Source of the DNA: Alphaproteobacteria bacterium
GTDB taxonomy: Bacteria; Pseudomonadota; Alphaproteobacteria; UBA6615
Direction: 5' to 3'
DNA length: 64,000 nucleotides
Assembly (NCBI GenBank): GCA_965261975.1
Contig: CBDHEC010000051.1
Location: 32,001-96,000 of the forward strand
Under the pieces are notes generated by a model. That model was given only the letters and a program-made list of their open reading frames with translations. It did not search any database and was not told the origin of the DNA. Positions 9,411 through 18,684 of the stretch are shown here, in pieces (within the stretch, counting starts at the first letter, position 1; every line of letters begins with the position of its first letter). A program made the position numbers and the translations under genes.

Positions 9411-10424
9411 CTACTTTGCCATCAGGTGGGCCGGGATATCGACCCCAACTTCTTTGTAGTAACGCGCGGCACCCGGGTGGAGCGGCACGGGGAGACCGGC
9501 GGTCGCTGCATTGACGTCCATGGCATTGGTTGCCTTGTGGATCGCCTGCAGGAACGGCAGGTTCTCATAGATCGCCTTGGTCAGCAGATAGACATGCTCT
9601 TCCGGAACATCGGCGTTCACCGCCAGGAAGTTCGGCTGGGCAATGGTCAGGAGATCCTTGGTCTGGCCCGGATAGGTGCCGGCCTTGATGGTGTAGGGCA
9701 CCCAGAGGTTCCGGCCGCCATCCATCTTCTTGGCCTCATCGGGCGTCACTGTCAGCATCGTGAACTTGTCCGCATTGGACGCCATCAGCTTTGTGATCGC
9801 GCCGGTCGGCGGACCGGAGGGGGCACCGATACCAGCGACCTGGCCGTTGGCCAGCGCGTCGGCCGTCGGGCCATAGCCGCCATGCATCAGCTTAAAGTCC
9901 TTCGCCATGTCCAGTCCAAGACCCTTGAGCAGGACCCGATTGGAGCCGATGGTACCGGAATTCTGCTTGCCGAAGCCCATCGTCTGGCCCTTCATGGCGA
10001 TCAGATCGGCAGCGGTTCCGGTCTTCGCGAACTCGTTGGCGACGACGAACTGCTCGACATTCTGCCAGAGCATGGAGACCGAACGCATGTTGGTTTGCGG
10101 TGCGGTCACCGGGCCCGTGCCGGTTGCCGCGTAGGAGCCGAACAGGCCCTGTACGATGGCAAACTGAGCGGTGTTGGCGCCGAGGGCCTGCACGTTGGCA
10201 CCCGAACCGGCGGAGTTTACGGCCGTCAGGCTGAACTTCTGCTTCGGCAGGAGCTTAACCTTCGACAGGGTCGCGATCGCCGTGCCGACAGGGTGATAGG
10301 TACCGCCGGTGGAGGCGGTATTGAGGATGTAATCCTTGTTCTGGGCAAGCGCCGGCGTGGCGGCCAGAACGCCGACGGCGGTCGCGCCGACGGCAAGCGT
10401 CTTCAGTAATCCAAGATGTTTCAT
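9411..10424 (-). CDS. TAXI family TRAP solute-binding protein
   Basis: Signal peptide, TASTGGTYHPVG, SAGSGAN, and C-terminal PLHPGAARYYKE. Confidence 0.93.
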   Translation of the reverse strand: MKHLGLLKTLAVGATAVGVLAATPALAQNKDYILNTASTGGTYHPVGTAIATLSKVKLLPKQKFSLTAVNSAGSGANVQALGANTAQFAIVQGLFGSYAATGTGPVTAPQTNMRSVSMLWQNVEQFVVANEFAKTGTAADLIAMKGQTMGFGKQNSGTIGSNRVLLKGLGLDMAKDFKLMHGGYGPTADALANGQVAGIGAPSGPPTGAITKLMASNADKFTMLTVTPDEAKKMDGGRNLWVPYTIKAGTYPGQTKDLLTIAQPNFLAVNADVPEEHVYLLTKAIYENLPFLQAIHKATNAMDVNAATAGLPVPLHPGAARYYKEVGVDIPAHLMAK

Positions 10425-10529
10425 GGTTTTCTCCCTAGTGAGCGAAATGTTTGTTGTTATTTGCGCGGAGACTAATCCCGGCTCAGAAATCCCGCTATGA
10501 GCAAATATGCGTATAGCCACACTCAGCCC

Positions 10530-10566
10530 TGCGGATTTCCGCAGGGAAAGGTTGCGGATATCTCTC
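10530..10566. promoter_or_regulatory. Putative tandem DctD-type upstream activator sites
   Basis: Palindrome TGCGGATTTCCGCA (10530-10543; TGCGGAAATCCGCA on the minus strand) resembles the rhizobial DctD site. A degenerate second copy TGCGGATATC lies 23 nt away, upstream of the TAXI gene. Confidence 0.6.
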
Positions 10567-11864
10567 TACAGCAGGTCTTCCTTGCGCAGACCCAGCTTCA
10601 CAATCTTCTCGTTTAGGGTTCGCCGCCCAATTCCCAATGCCTTGGCGACCGTGTCCATGCGACCTTCATGGGCCTGGAGCGCCTGAGCGATCATCTGACG
10701 TTCGAAAGCCGCCACGGCCTCGCGGAGGGTCTTTGGCAATTCGTCCGTTGTACTGTCCAGCTTGATCGCCTCGGCAACCGAACCTCGACCGCGTCTCGCG
10801 GCCAGGATGCGTCGTTCCGCGACATGCCTGAGTTCCCGCACGTTTCCCGGCCAGTCGTGAGAAAGAAGGGCCGCCATATCCTCGCTTGTCAGGTCGGGGC
10901 TTTCGGTCTCGTGCAAGCGGGCGAACATGGATGCGAAATGCGCGTAAAGGAGTGCGATATCGTCCCCACGCTCGCGCAACGACGGCAACCGGAAGATCAC
11001 GGTGTTGAGTCTGTAGTACAGATCCTCGCGGAACCTGTTTTCGCGCATGGCAGTGTCCAGATCGGCCGAAGCGGCCGAAATCATCCGGGTTGTGCGCGCG
11101 GCCGGTGCCACGCCGTTCGGCTGGGGTTCGGCCACGAGCAGCAGTTTCGCCTGGATGTCGGGCGGGCAAGCCTCCAGCTTGTCGAGAAAGACTGTGCCGG
11201 CATCTTTGTGCGCCGTAAGGGCCGACTGGAATTCCAGTTCCGAAATCGCGGCGCAATTGACGCTCACAAACGGTCTGCCGGCCCTCGGGCCGAGGTCGTG
11301 CAGGGCCCGGGCGACCAGTTCCTTGCCGGTCCCGGTCTCGCCGAGAATAAGTACCGATGTTTCCGTCGGCGCGACATCGAGTATTTCCTCGCGAAGGCGA
11401 CGCATATCGGGAGACTCGCCAATCAGCAGCCGGTCGAGACCGGACAACGTATTCAGCCGTTGCTTCAGATTCCGGTTTTCAGCACTCAGGCGTCCCAGTT
11501 TTGCGGCCCGTTGGATGGCCTCGAGCAGCCGGTGGGGCTGGAACGGCTTCTCGATGAAGTCTGTCGCGCCCGCCTGCATGGCGTCGACCGCCATCGGCAC
11601 GTCACCATGGGCGGTAATCATGACGACCGGCAGGGCGCCGTGCGTCGACGCGATCTTCTCCAGCAACTCAAGACCGCTCATGTTGGGCATCCGGACATCG
11701 CTGACCAGTACGTCCGGCCGGTTGGTGGCAATAGCGCCCAACGCTTCCTTCGGCGTTGCATAGGTCGAGGTGAGGCAGCCGGCCTTGGCGAGAAACTGGC
11801 TCAGGGAGTCACGCATTTCCCGGTCATCGTCGACGACGAAAACCTGAAGCGAGGGGTCAGGCAT
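10566..11864 (-). CDS. DctD/NtrC-family response regulator with a degenerate AAA+ domain
   Basis: Receiver domain (VVDDD, SDVRMP, KPF), Walker A GETGTGKE, FREDLYYRL, WPGNVREL and a Fis-type HTH. GAFTGA loop absent; Walker B reads FLDK. Confidence 0.88.
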   Translation of the reverse strand: MPDPSLQVFVVDDDREMRDSLSQFLAKAGCLTSTYATPKEALGAIATNRPDVLVSDVRMPNMSGLELLEKIASTHGALPVVMITAHGDVPMAVDAMQAGATDFIEKPFQPHRLLEAIQRAAKLGRLSAENRNLKQRLNTLSGLDRLLIGESPDMRRLREEILDVAPTETSVLILGETGTGKELVARALHDLGPRAGRPFVSVNCAAISELEFQSALTAHKDAGTVFLDKLEACPPDIQAKLLLVAEPQPNGVAPAARTTRMISAASADLDTAMRENRFREDLYYRLNTVIFRLPSLRERGDDIALLYAHFASMFARLHETESPDLTSEDMAALLSHDWPGNVRELRHVAERRILAARRGRGSVAEAIKLDSTTDELPKTLREAVAAFERQMIAQALQAHEGRMDTVAKALGIGRRTLNEKIVKLGLRKEDLL

Positions 11865-13647
11865 TGCCAGTCTCCCTCGCGTCGGGCAGGGGCAGCTCGA
11901 GGATGAACTCGGCCCCGCCACTCATCCGGTTGCGTGCGGACAGGGTCCCGCCATGTTCGTTAACGATCCCGGCCGAGATCGCCAGCCCGAGCCCGAGGCC
12001 TTCGCCCGATGCCTTGGTGGTCACGAAGGGTTCGAAGATGGCGGTCTCCTGTCCACCTGACAGTCCGACCCCCGTATCGGAGACGATGATCCGGGCATGG
12101 ACGTCGTCTGTCGCAAGCGTGATTGTCAGTTTTTTCCGGCTGCTCGATTGCATCGCATCCAGTGCGTTTCCGATCATGTTGATAAGCACCTGTTCGAGGC
12201 GCATGCGACCGCCGCGAACCGTGACGGTTTGCGTGACGTCGACGCAATCGAGCTCCGCACCCTCGGTCTTGATGGCCGGGTTCATCGTTTCAAGAGCACC
12301 CGTAATCACATCCGCCAGATCAATATCTGCAAAATCCTCACCGCCGCGGCGCGCGAAAAACTTGAGCTGCCGGGTGGTCTCCGCCATGCGGTCGACGAGG
12401 CGGTCGAGCTGGTCGAGCACCGGGTGTCCGGCGCGTTCGTCGACGACGACAGAGCCTGACGCTGCGGGCTCGGGAAGCCGGGCGCCCGCAATATAGGTCT
12501 TCATGGCCGACAGGGGTTGGCCGAGCTCATGGGTAACCGAGGCGGCGAGTTGTCCGAGCGCTGCGAGGCGCGAAGTCTGCCGCAATTCCTTTTGTGCCGC
12601 CTGCAAACGTGTTTCTGCCTCGATCCGCTCCTCGATCTCGCGACCAAGCTCCTTGTTCAGCCGGTTAAGCTGTTCGCGCTCGCGTTGGGAAGCGATCAAC
12701 GAGTTACGAATTCGCTCGGTACGCAGGATCAGGAAGACCACCAGCAACAGTGACAACGCGACGACCGTTATGACCAGGACGATGCGGCTGCGTGCGAGCA
12801 CACGCTCATAGGGCGACAGGAAGTGCAGGCGCCAGTCGAGCCGTCCCACATCGACGATATGCTCGACGAACCTGGCGCCGTCGATGGTCACGACCCGGCC
12901 GTCGCGAGAGGCGTCGATCGGGTTCAGCAGGGCTGTCCCGAACTGCCGGCGTGATGTGATGCGTTCGCGTGCTTGCGGCGAAAGCGTATCGAGTGTGCCG
13001 TATCGCCATGACGGGCGGGCCGACAAAACGATGATTCCGTCACGGTTGCTGATGAACACCGTGCCCTCCGGCGTCTCCCAATTCGCTTCCAGGCCGCGGA
13101 GACCGACTTTCACCGTGATGACGCCGATGGTCTGGTCCGCCCCGTCACGCACGGGGTGCGAGACGAAGTAGCCGGGCTGACCGGTCGTTGCGCCGACGGC
13201 GAAATACTCGCCGGTGTCGCCCGCCAGGGCGGACTGGAAGTAGGGCCGAAACCCGTAATTGTGACCGAGGAATGTTTGCTCGCTTTGCCAGTTGGAAGCG
13301 GCGATCGTCAGGCCGGTACTGTCCATCAGGTACACGGCCTCGGAACGGGTTGCCTCGGAAAATCGTTCCAGGCGGCGGTTCAGAATATCGGCCGGCGCAC
13401 CTTGCGCGACGTCGATGATCTCGTGATCTTCCGAAAGTATGGGCGTGATGTTCTGATACCGCTCGAGAACAGAGGCCAGCGAGGTGAGGTAGGGGGCGGC
13501 ACGCCGCGCGGAGGCTTCCAGTTCGCGCTGAACATAATACTTCTCGGCGAGCTTGAACTCACCGAAAGCGGCGAACAGGCCGACGATCAGCAAAACGATC
13601 AGGATCGTCGTGCGTCGGCCCGGTGCGTTGTCGAAAATGAAGCTCAT
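11857..13647 (-). CDS. DctB-like sensor histidine kinase
   Basis: Cache domain 'AASNW...FLGHNYGFRPYF...GATTGQPGYF', H-box THELGQPL, and G-boxes FEPFVTTK / GLGLGLAIS. Confidence 0.9.
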   Translation of the reverse strand: MSFIFDNAPGRRTTILIVLLIVGLFAAFGEFKLAEKYYVQRELEASARRAAPYLTSLASVLERYQNITPILSEDHEIIDVAQGAPADILNRRLERFSEATRSEAVYLMDSTGLTIAASNWQSEQTFLGHNYGFRPYFQSALAGDTGEYFAVGATTGQPGYFVSHPVRDGADQTIGVITVKVGLRGLEANWETPEGTVFISNRDGIIVLSARPSWRYGTLDTLSPQARERITSRRQFGTALLNPIDASRDGRVVTIDGARFVEHIVDVGRLDWRLHFLSPYERVLARSRIVLVITVVALSLLLVVFLILRTERIRNSLIASQREREQLNRLNKELGREIEERIEAETRLQAAQKELRQTSRLAALGQLAASVTHELGQPLSAMKTYIAGARLPEPAASGSVVVDERAGHPVLDQLDRLVDRMAETTRQLKFFARRGGEDFADIDLADVITGALETMNPAIKTEGAELDCVDVTQTVTVRGGRMRLEQVLINMIGNALDAMQSSSRKKLTITLATDDVHARIIVSDTGVGLSGGQETAIFEPFVTTKASGEGLGLGLAISAGIVNEHGGTLSARNRMSGGAEFILELPLPDARETGNA

Positions 13648-13741
13648 GGCATCATGTTTAGCGAATTCTGGGCCCGATGTCCGCCGGTCAGGCCTGTTTT
13701 CACTTGACGGGCCGGTGGGTAAAGGCAGAGAAAACCGGGGT

Positions 13742-13818
13742 CGGGGCGTAGCTCAGCCTGGTAGAGCACCTGCTTTGGGAGCAGGGGGTCGCGTGTTCGA
13801 ATCTCGTCGCCCCGACCA
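13742..13818 (+). tRNA. tRNA-Pro(TGG)
   Basis: CGGGGCG acceptor stem, anticodon arm CCTGC-TT TGG GA-GCAGG, TTCGAAT T-loop, 3' CCA. Confidence 0.97.
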
Positions 13819-13839
13819 TTTCCTTGCATGAGGTGCGCC

Positions 13840-14592
13840 ATGCGTCTGCACGACCGTACAGCTTTCGTCACCGGCGGCTCAAAGGGCCTGGGTCGGGCCA
13901 TCGCCGAACGTTTCGTCGAGGAAGGCGCGCGGGTCGTCGCCGCCGATATCGATCAGCCCGCACTTGACCAGTTCATGGCGGAAACGGAGGTCGATACGGG
14001 CTGTCTGACGCCGGTCGTCCTGGACGTTTCGGACTTCGAGGCCGTCAAGGCGGCGATCGACGGGGCCATTGCGGATTTCGGCGCGCTGGACATCCTGGTC
14101 AACAATGCCGGCTACTCGCCCAAGAAGAACTGGCTGGAATACGAGATTTCCGACTGGCAGAAGGTACTCGACGTCAATCTGAGCGGCGAATTCTACGGTG
14201 CCCGCGCGGTCGCGGAACACATGATGGAACGCAAGAGTGGGCGGATCATCAACCTATCATCCTCGGCCTGGCGCCATGGCGGCGTGGCCACGGGCGGCGG
14301 ATTGCCCTACACCTCCTCCAAAGCCGGGGTGATTGGTCTGACCCGCGCCCTGTGCAAGGCGCTCGGGCCCTACAACATTACCGTCAACGCCATCGCGCCG
14401 GGCCCGACACCCACGCCGATGACGTCGTCATGGCTGTCCGACGCGGAAGAGGCCCTGAAAGAACAGATTCCGCTGCGCCGCCTCGGCACCGCACGCGACA
14501 TCGCCAACGCCGCACTGTTCCTGGCCTCGGACGAGGCGGCGTTCATCACCGGCAGCTGTCTCGACGTCAACGGCGGCCTGACCATGAGTTAG
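13840..14592 (+). CDS. SDR family oxidoreductase (FabG-like)
   Basis: TGGSKGLG, NNAG and YTSSK. Confidence 0.9.
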   Translation: MRLHDRTAFVTGGSKGLGRAIAERFVEEGARVVAADIDQPALDQFMAETEVDTGCLTPVVLDVSDFEAVKAAIDGAIADFGALDILVNNAGYSPKKNWLEYEISDWQKVLDVNLSGEFYGARAVAEHMMERKSGRIINLSSSAWRHGGVATGGGLPYTSSKAGVIGLTRALCKALGPYNITVNAIAPGPTPTPMTSSWLSDAEEALKEQIPLRRLGTARDIANAALFLASDEAAFITGSCLDVNGGLTMS

Positions 14593-14669
14593 GCGTGAAC
14601 CGTGTTGACGGCGAAGCGCGCACACCTGTACGAAGTTGATGGCCCAACCAGATACTTGAGAGACCTGCC

Positions 14670-14975
14670 ATGAAGGCCCGTATTTTTCAGCCCACCAAGA
14701 CCGCCATGCAGTCCGGCCGCGCGAAGACCCAGAATTGGGTGCTCGAATTCGAGCCGACGCGCCGTCAGCAGCTCGACCCTCTGATGGGCTGGCCGGGCGC
14801 GGGCGACACGATGCAGCAGGTCCGGATGCGCTTCGAAAGCCGCGAGGACGCGATCGCCCATGCAGAGCGCCACGGGCTCGATTATGTGGTGCAGGAGCCC
14901 AAGGAAAGACAAATAAAGCCAAAGGCTTACGCGGACAACTTCGCGGTCGGGCGCAGGATTCCCTGGAGCCACTGA
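14670..14975 (+). CDS. ETC complex I subunit (NDUFS4-like)
   Basis: ARIFQPTKTAMQSG, DPLMGW and YADNF. Confidence 0.92.
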   Translation: MKARIFQPTKTAMQSGRAKTQNWVLEFEPTRRQQLDPLMGWPGAGDTMQQVRMRFESREDAIAHAERHGLDYVVQEPKERQIKPKAYADNFAVGRRIPWSH

Positions 14976-15059
14976 CCGGCCCCAGGTTTCGCATTCGGAA
15001 TTTGAGGTTTCGCGATTCCGGTGAATCCGGCGATGCTGGTTCATCCGAAGCGTTGCGCG

Positions 15060-15136
15060 GCGCCCGTAGCTCAGCTGGATAGAGCATCGGCCTTCTAAGC
15101 CGAATGTCGCAGGTTCGAATCCTGCCGGGCGCGCCA
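15060..15136 (+). tRNA. tRNA-Arg(TCT)
   Basis: GCGCCCG acceptor stem, TCGGC-CT TCT AA-GCCGA anticodon arm, GGTTCGAATCC, 3' CCA. Confidence 0.97.
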
Positions 15137-15242
15137 AACGCTACTTCTCTATCGAAAAACCGCAAGAATCGGGTGGATCGGCGGTCGTGCATGCGGCACG
15201 TGTGTGTCGAATTTTCTCCCGCGCCCGGGGCAGTACGAAGCC

Positions 15243-16175
15243 ATGTCCGACACACCGAAAATTCTCGACCGAACCGACTGGGGACTGCTGGTCCTGCTCT
15301 CGGTGCTGTGGGGCGCAACATTTTTCTTTGCCGGCATCGCTGTTGCGGGAGTCCCGCCGCTGACCGTTGTATTTGCGCGGGTGCTGCTGGCGGCCTTGAT
15401 GCTTCTGCCGCTGTTCTGGATGAAGGGGCTTCGTCTGCCGCGCACGGCCGGGGAGTGGGCGCCTTTTTTCATCATGGGGCTGCTGAACAATGTCATCCCT
15501 TTCGGTTTCCTGTTCGCGGCACAAACCCTGATTTCCGTTGGCCTGACATCTATCGTGAACGCGATGACGCCATTGTTCAGCATCGTGGTCATGGCGGCCT
15601 TCGGAGTGGAGCGGCTGACCGGCAACCGAATCGCCGGGGTGGTGCTTGGTGTCGTCGGGGTGGCCGTGCTTCGCGGCGTGGGCGGACCGCTGGGTGGACC
15701 CGAGACGATCGGAATTGCGCTCGGCCTTGTGGGCACCCTCAGCTACGGGTTTGCGGCACTATGGGCGCGGCGGCGTTTGCAGGGTGTCCCGCCGTTGCGG
15801 TCTGCGACCTGCCAGCTTCTGTCTTCGAGCCTCGTGATGATTCCCGTGGTCACGGTGTTCGATCAACCATGGACGCTCGGTATGCCGAGTATGAATGCGT
15901 TGATGTCGATCCTCGCGCTCGCATTCTTCGGCACCGCGATGGCCTATATTGTCTTCTTCCGCATCATCGAACGCGCCGGCGCCAGCAACGTGATGCTGGT
16001 GACCCTTTTGATACCAGTCAGTGCGATATCGCTTGGTGTCGCGTTTCTCGATGAGCCGCTACGGCTGCAGGAGGTTGCGGGCGCGCTGATCATCGGTCTC
16101 GGCCTGTTGTTCATCGACGGTCGTTTGCCGCGGAAGCTTGGCCTGGAAGCTAACCGGTCCAGGCACCGCCATTGA
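15243..16175 (+). CDS. EamA/DMT family transporter
   Basis: Two EamA repeats; LLSVLWGATFFF, GLLNNVIPF, VTLLIPVSAI. Confidence 0.9.
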   Translation: MSDTPKILDRTDWGLLVLLSVLWGATFFFAGIAVAGVPPLTVVFARVLLAALMLLPLFWMKGLRLPRTAGEWAPFFIMGLLNNVIPFGFLFAAQTLISVGLTSIVNAMTPLFSIVVMAAFGVERLTGNRIAGVVLGVVGVAVLRGVGGPLGGPETIGIALGLVGTLSYGFAALWARRRLQGVPPLRSATCQLLSSSLVMIPVVTVFDQPWTLGMPSMNALMSILALAFFGTAMAYIVFFRIIERAGASNVMLVTLLIPVSAISLGVAFLDEPLRLQEVAGALIIGLGLLFIDGRLPRKLGLEANRSRHRH

Positions 16176-16908
16176 CGTCCAGAACCGCGCCCGTCGTAAA
16201 CGCTGCCCCCGGTGTGCACAGATACCAGATGGCGTGAGCCAGTTCCTCTGGCTTGCCCAGGCGGCCGACGGGGATGGCCTTTGCGCGCGCGTCGAGAACA
16301 TCTTGCGGATGGCGTGTCACCCGCGGTGTGAGCACGAGGCCCGGTGCGATGGCATTGATCGTGATGCCGTCGGGTGCCAGTTCCTTGGCGAGGCGGCGGG
16401 TCATGCCGATGATTGCGGCCTCGGTCGTTGAATATTCGATGGCGCCTGCGCCTGCCGTGCGACCCGCGACCGACGAGATGTTGACGATCCGGCCGTACTT
16501 GTTGGCCTTCATGGTCGGCACCAGCTCGCGGGTGATCAGGAACTTGGCGATCACGTTCCAGTCGTAGCTGTGGTGCATCGCATCCAGCGTGATTTCCTCG
16601 AGCGGCGGCGCATCGATGAAACCACCCGCCGTGTTCACGAGGATGTCGGCACGGCCCCACGTATCGAGAATGGTCTTCGTGGCGGCCTTGACCTCGTCCT
16701 CGTCGGCGCATTCGGCCTTCACGAACATCGCCTCGCCGCCGGCATCGGCGATGCGTTTGACGACCGCGTCGCCCTTTTCTGGCGTGCGACCGATCACGGC
16801 GACCTTCGCGCCTTCTGCGCCGAAGCGCACGGCGGCGGCTTCGCCCATGCCGGCAGTTCCCCCGGTGACGACGGCAACCTGGCCGGTGATATCGGTAAGT
16901 TCGCTCAT
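16150..16908 (-). CDS. SDR family oxidoreductase
   Basis: TGGTAGMG, NISSVAG and NAIAPG. The catalytic motif reads YSTTE, so the usual Lys is replaced. Confidence 0.85.
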   Translation of the reverse strand: MSELTDITGQVAVVTGGTAGMGEAAAVRFGAEGAKVAVIGRTPEKGDAVVKRIADAGGEAMFVKAECADEDEVKAATKTILDTWGRADILVNTAGGFIDAPPLEEITLDAMHHSYDWNVIAKFLITRELVPTMKANKYGRIVNISSVAGRTAGAGAIEYSTTEAAIIGMTRRLAKELAPDGITINAIAPGLVLTPRVTRHPQDVLDARAKAIPVGRLGKPEELAHAIWYLCTPGAAFTTGAVLDVNGGAWTG

Positions 16909-16912
16909 CGTT

Positions 16913-17590
16913 TCACGCCGCAATCGCGATGGTGCCGACATTATTCATGATCAGCGGCGCGTCCGTTAGGGCCTGGACCTCGTCGGCGGTTAACCCCGGC
17001 GCTACCTCGTCGAGCACCAGCCCGTCAGGCGTGACGGAGATCACTGCCATGTCGGTGAAGATGCGTGTCACAACACCGCCGGCGGTGAGGGGATAGCTGC
17101 GTTCGGCGACGATCTTGGCAGCCCCGTCGCGCGCGGTGTGGGTCATCATCGCAAACACCCGCTTGGAGCCGGCCGCGATGTCCATCGCGCCGCCCACGCT
17201 GCCGGAAGTCTGGTTGGGCAGGCGCCAGTTGCAGAGGTCACCGTTCGCAGCCACCTGGAACGCGCCGAGGACCGCGCAATCGAGCCGCCCGCCGCGGGCG
17301 ATGGCGAAACTGTCTGCGTGGTGGGTATAGGCCCCGCCGGGAACCATGGTCACCAGTTCCTTGCCGGCGCTGATCAGGTCCTGGTCGGCCTCGCCCTCGG
17401 CCGGGGGCGGGCCCATGCCGATCAGGCCGTTTTCCGAATGGAACATCACATCGCGTTCGCCGGGGATGAAGGTGGGGATCATGGTCGGCATGCCGATGCC
17501 GAGATTGACCAGCCAGCCATCTTCCATGTCCTGGGCCGCGCGGGCCGCGATCTGTTGCCGGGTCAGCAGGTTTGTCTGTTCGTCGCTCAT
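16913..17590 (-). CDS. 3-oxoacid CoA-transferase subunit B
   Basis: VNLGIGMPT, catalytic SENG, GGAMD. Confidence 0.92.
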   Translation of the reverse strand: MSDEQTNLLTRQQIAARAAQDMEDGWLVNLGIGMPTMIPTFIPGERDVMFHSENGLIGMGPPPAEGEADQDLISAGKELVTMVPGGAYTHHADSFAIARGGRLDCAVLGAFQVAANGDLCNWRLPNQTSGSVGGAMDIAAGSKRVFAMMTHTARDGAAKIVAERSYPLTAGGVVTRIFTDMAVISVTPDGLVLDEVAPGLTADEVQALTDAPLIMNNVGTIAIAA

Positions 17591-18282
17591 GATGCGTTGC
17601 GCTCCTTGCCGATCTCGTACCAGCCGGTGACATAGTAGGTATCCACGAAAACCCCGGGCGTCACGATGACTTCCGGGTCCAGGTCGTCGATCTCGACGTC
17701 TTCCTGCACCTCGACGATCGTGTGCCCGGCGGCCATGGCCATGATCGGGTTAAAATTCCGGCCGGTCTTGCGGTAGATAAGATTGCCGCGCGGATCTACC
17801 TTGTAGGCCTTGATCAAGGCGAAATCACCACGGAGTGGTTTCTCCAGCACGTAATCCTTGCCGTCGACATTCATCGTTTGCTTGCCGTCGGCCAGGTCGG
17901 TACCCACGCCGGTCGGCGTCAGGAACCCACCGAGGCCGGCACCCGCCGTGCGCATCCGCTCGGCCAGGGTGCCCTGGGGCACGATCTCGAGTTCGATCTT
18001 GCCGGCGTCGTATAATTCCTTGAAAACAAATGATTCCTTGGCCCAAGGGAAGCTGCAGATCAGCTTTCCAACGCAACCTTCCTCGATCAGCCGTGCGATG
18101 CCGCTATGGCCGGTGCCCGCATTGTTGGTGACGATGGTGAGGTCGCGCCGTTTCAGGTCGCAGACCCCGTCGATCAACACTTCCGGCACGCCGGGCTGGC
18201 CGAAGCCGCCGACCAGCAGGGTTGCGCCGTCGGGGATACGGCTGACGGCGTCTTCGAGGGTTTCGGCTTTCTTGTTTTTCAT
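17587..18282 (-). CDS. 3-oxoacid CoA-transferase subunit A
   Basis: VGGFG, PQGTLAER, RNFNPIMA. True start is likely ATG 18282. Confidence 0.92.
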   Translation of the reverse strand: MKNKKAETLEDAVSRIPDGATLLVGGFGQPGVPEVLIDGVCDLKRRDLTIVTNNAGTGHSGIARLIEEGCVGKLICSFPWAKESFVFKELYDAGKIELEIVPQGTLAERMRTAGAGLGGFLTPTGVGTDLADGKQTMNVDGKDYVLEKPLRGDFALIKAYKVDPRGNLIYRKTGRNFNPIMAMAAGHTIVEVQEDVEIDDLDPEVIVTPGVFVDTYYVTGWYEIGKERNAS

Positions 18283-18290
18283 TTCTCGGC

Positions 18291-18680
18291 TCAGGCGGGA
18301 GTGAAGTATGGCGCGGGGCGACCATCGGGGCCGTCCTGGAACGTTACGGTGACCCGGTCGCCCACGGCAATATCGGTTTGCCCGACGAGCCCGCCCATCA
18401 TCCTGAAACCTTCGTCCAGGTCGACCAGCAAGACGGTATAGGGGGCGTTGTCGGCAAAGGCGGGCGGAGCGCGGTGCACGGTGGAACAGGCATATACGCT
18501 GCCCGTGCCTTTGGAGACCGCCCATGCAGGATCGGGTGCGCCGCATTTCGGGCAGATGGCGCGGGGATAGAAGATCGAGGCGTCGCAGGCGCCGCATTTT
18601 CGATATCGCAACTCGCCCTCAGCGGCCCCCTGCCAATAGGGATCGCCGTCCGGATCGATCGGTTGGGTCTCGTCGGCCAT
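18291..18680 (-). CDS. DUF35 Zn-ribbon/OB-fold protein
   Basis: 'PYWQG...CGAC....YPR..CPKC' zinc ribbon followed by 'LVDLDEG.RM'. Confidence 0.9.
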   Translation of the reverse strand: MADETQPIDPDGDPYWQGAAEGELRYRKCGACDASIFYPRAICPKCGAPDPAWAVSKGTGSVYACSTVHRAPPAFADNAPYTVLLVDLDEGFRMMGGLVGQTDIAVGDRVTVTFQDGPDGRPAPYFTPA

Positions 18681-18684
18681 ATCG

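Noticed and set aside
10501-10520. TGGC...TTTGC as a sigma54 promoter for the TAXI gene
   Set aside because: GG-to-GC spacing is 14 nt rather than the required 10.
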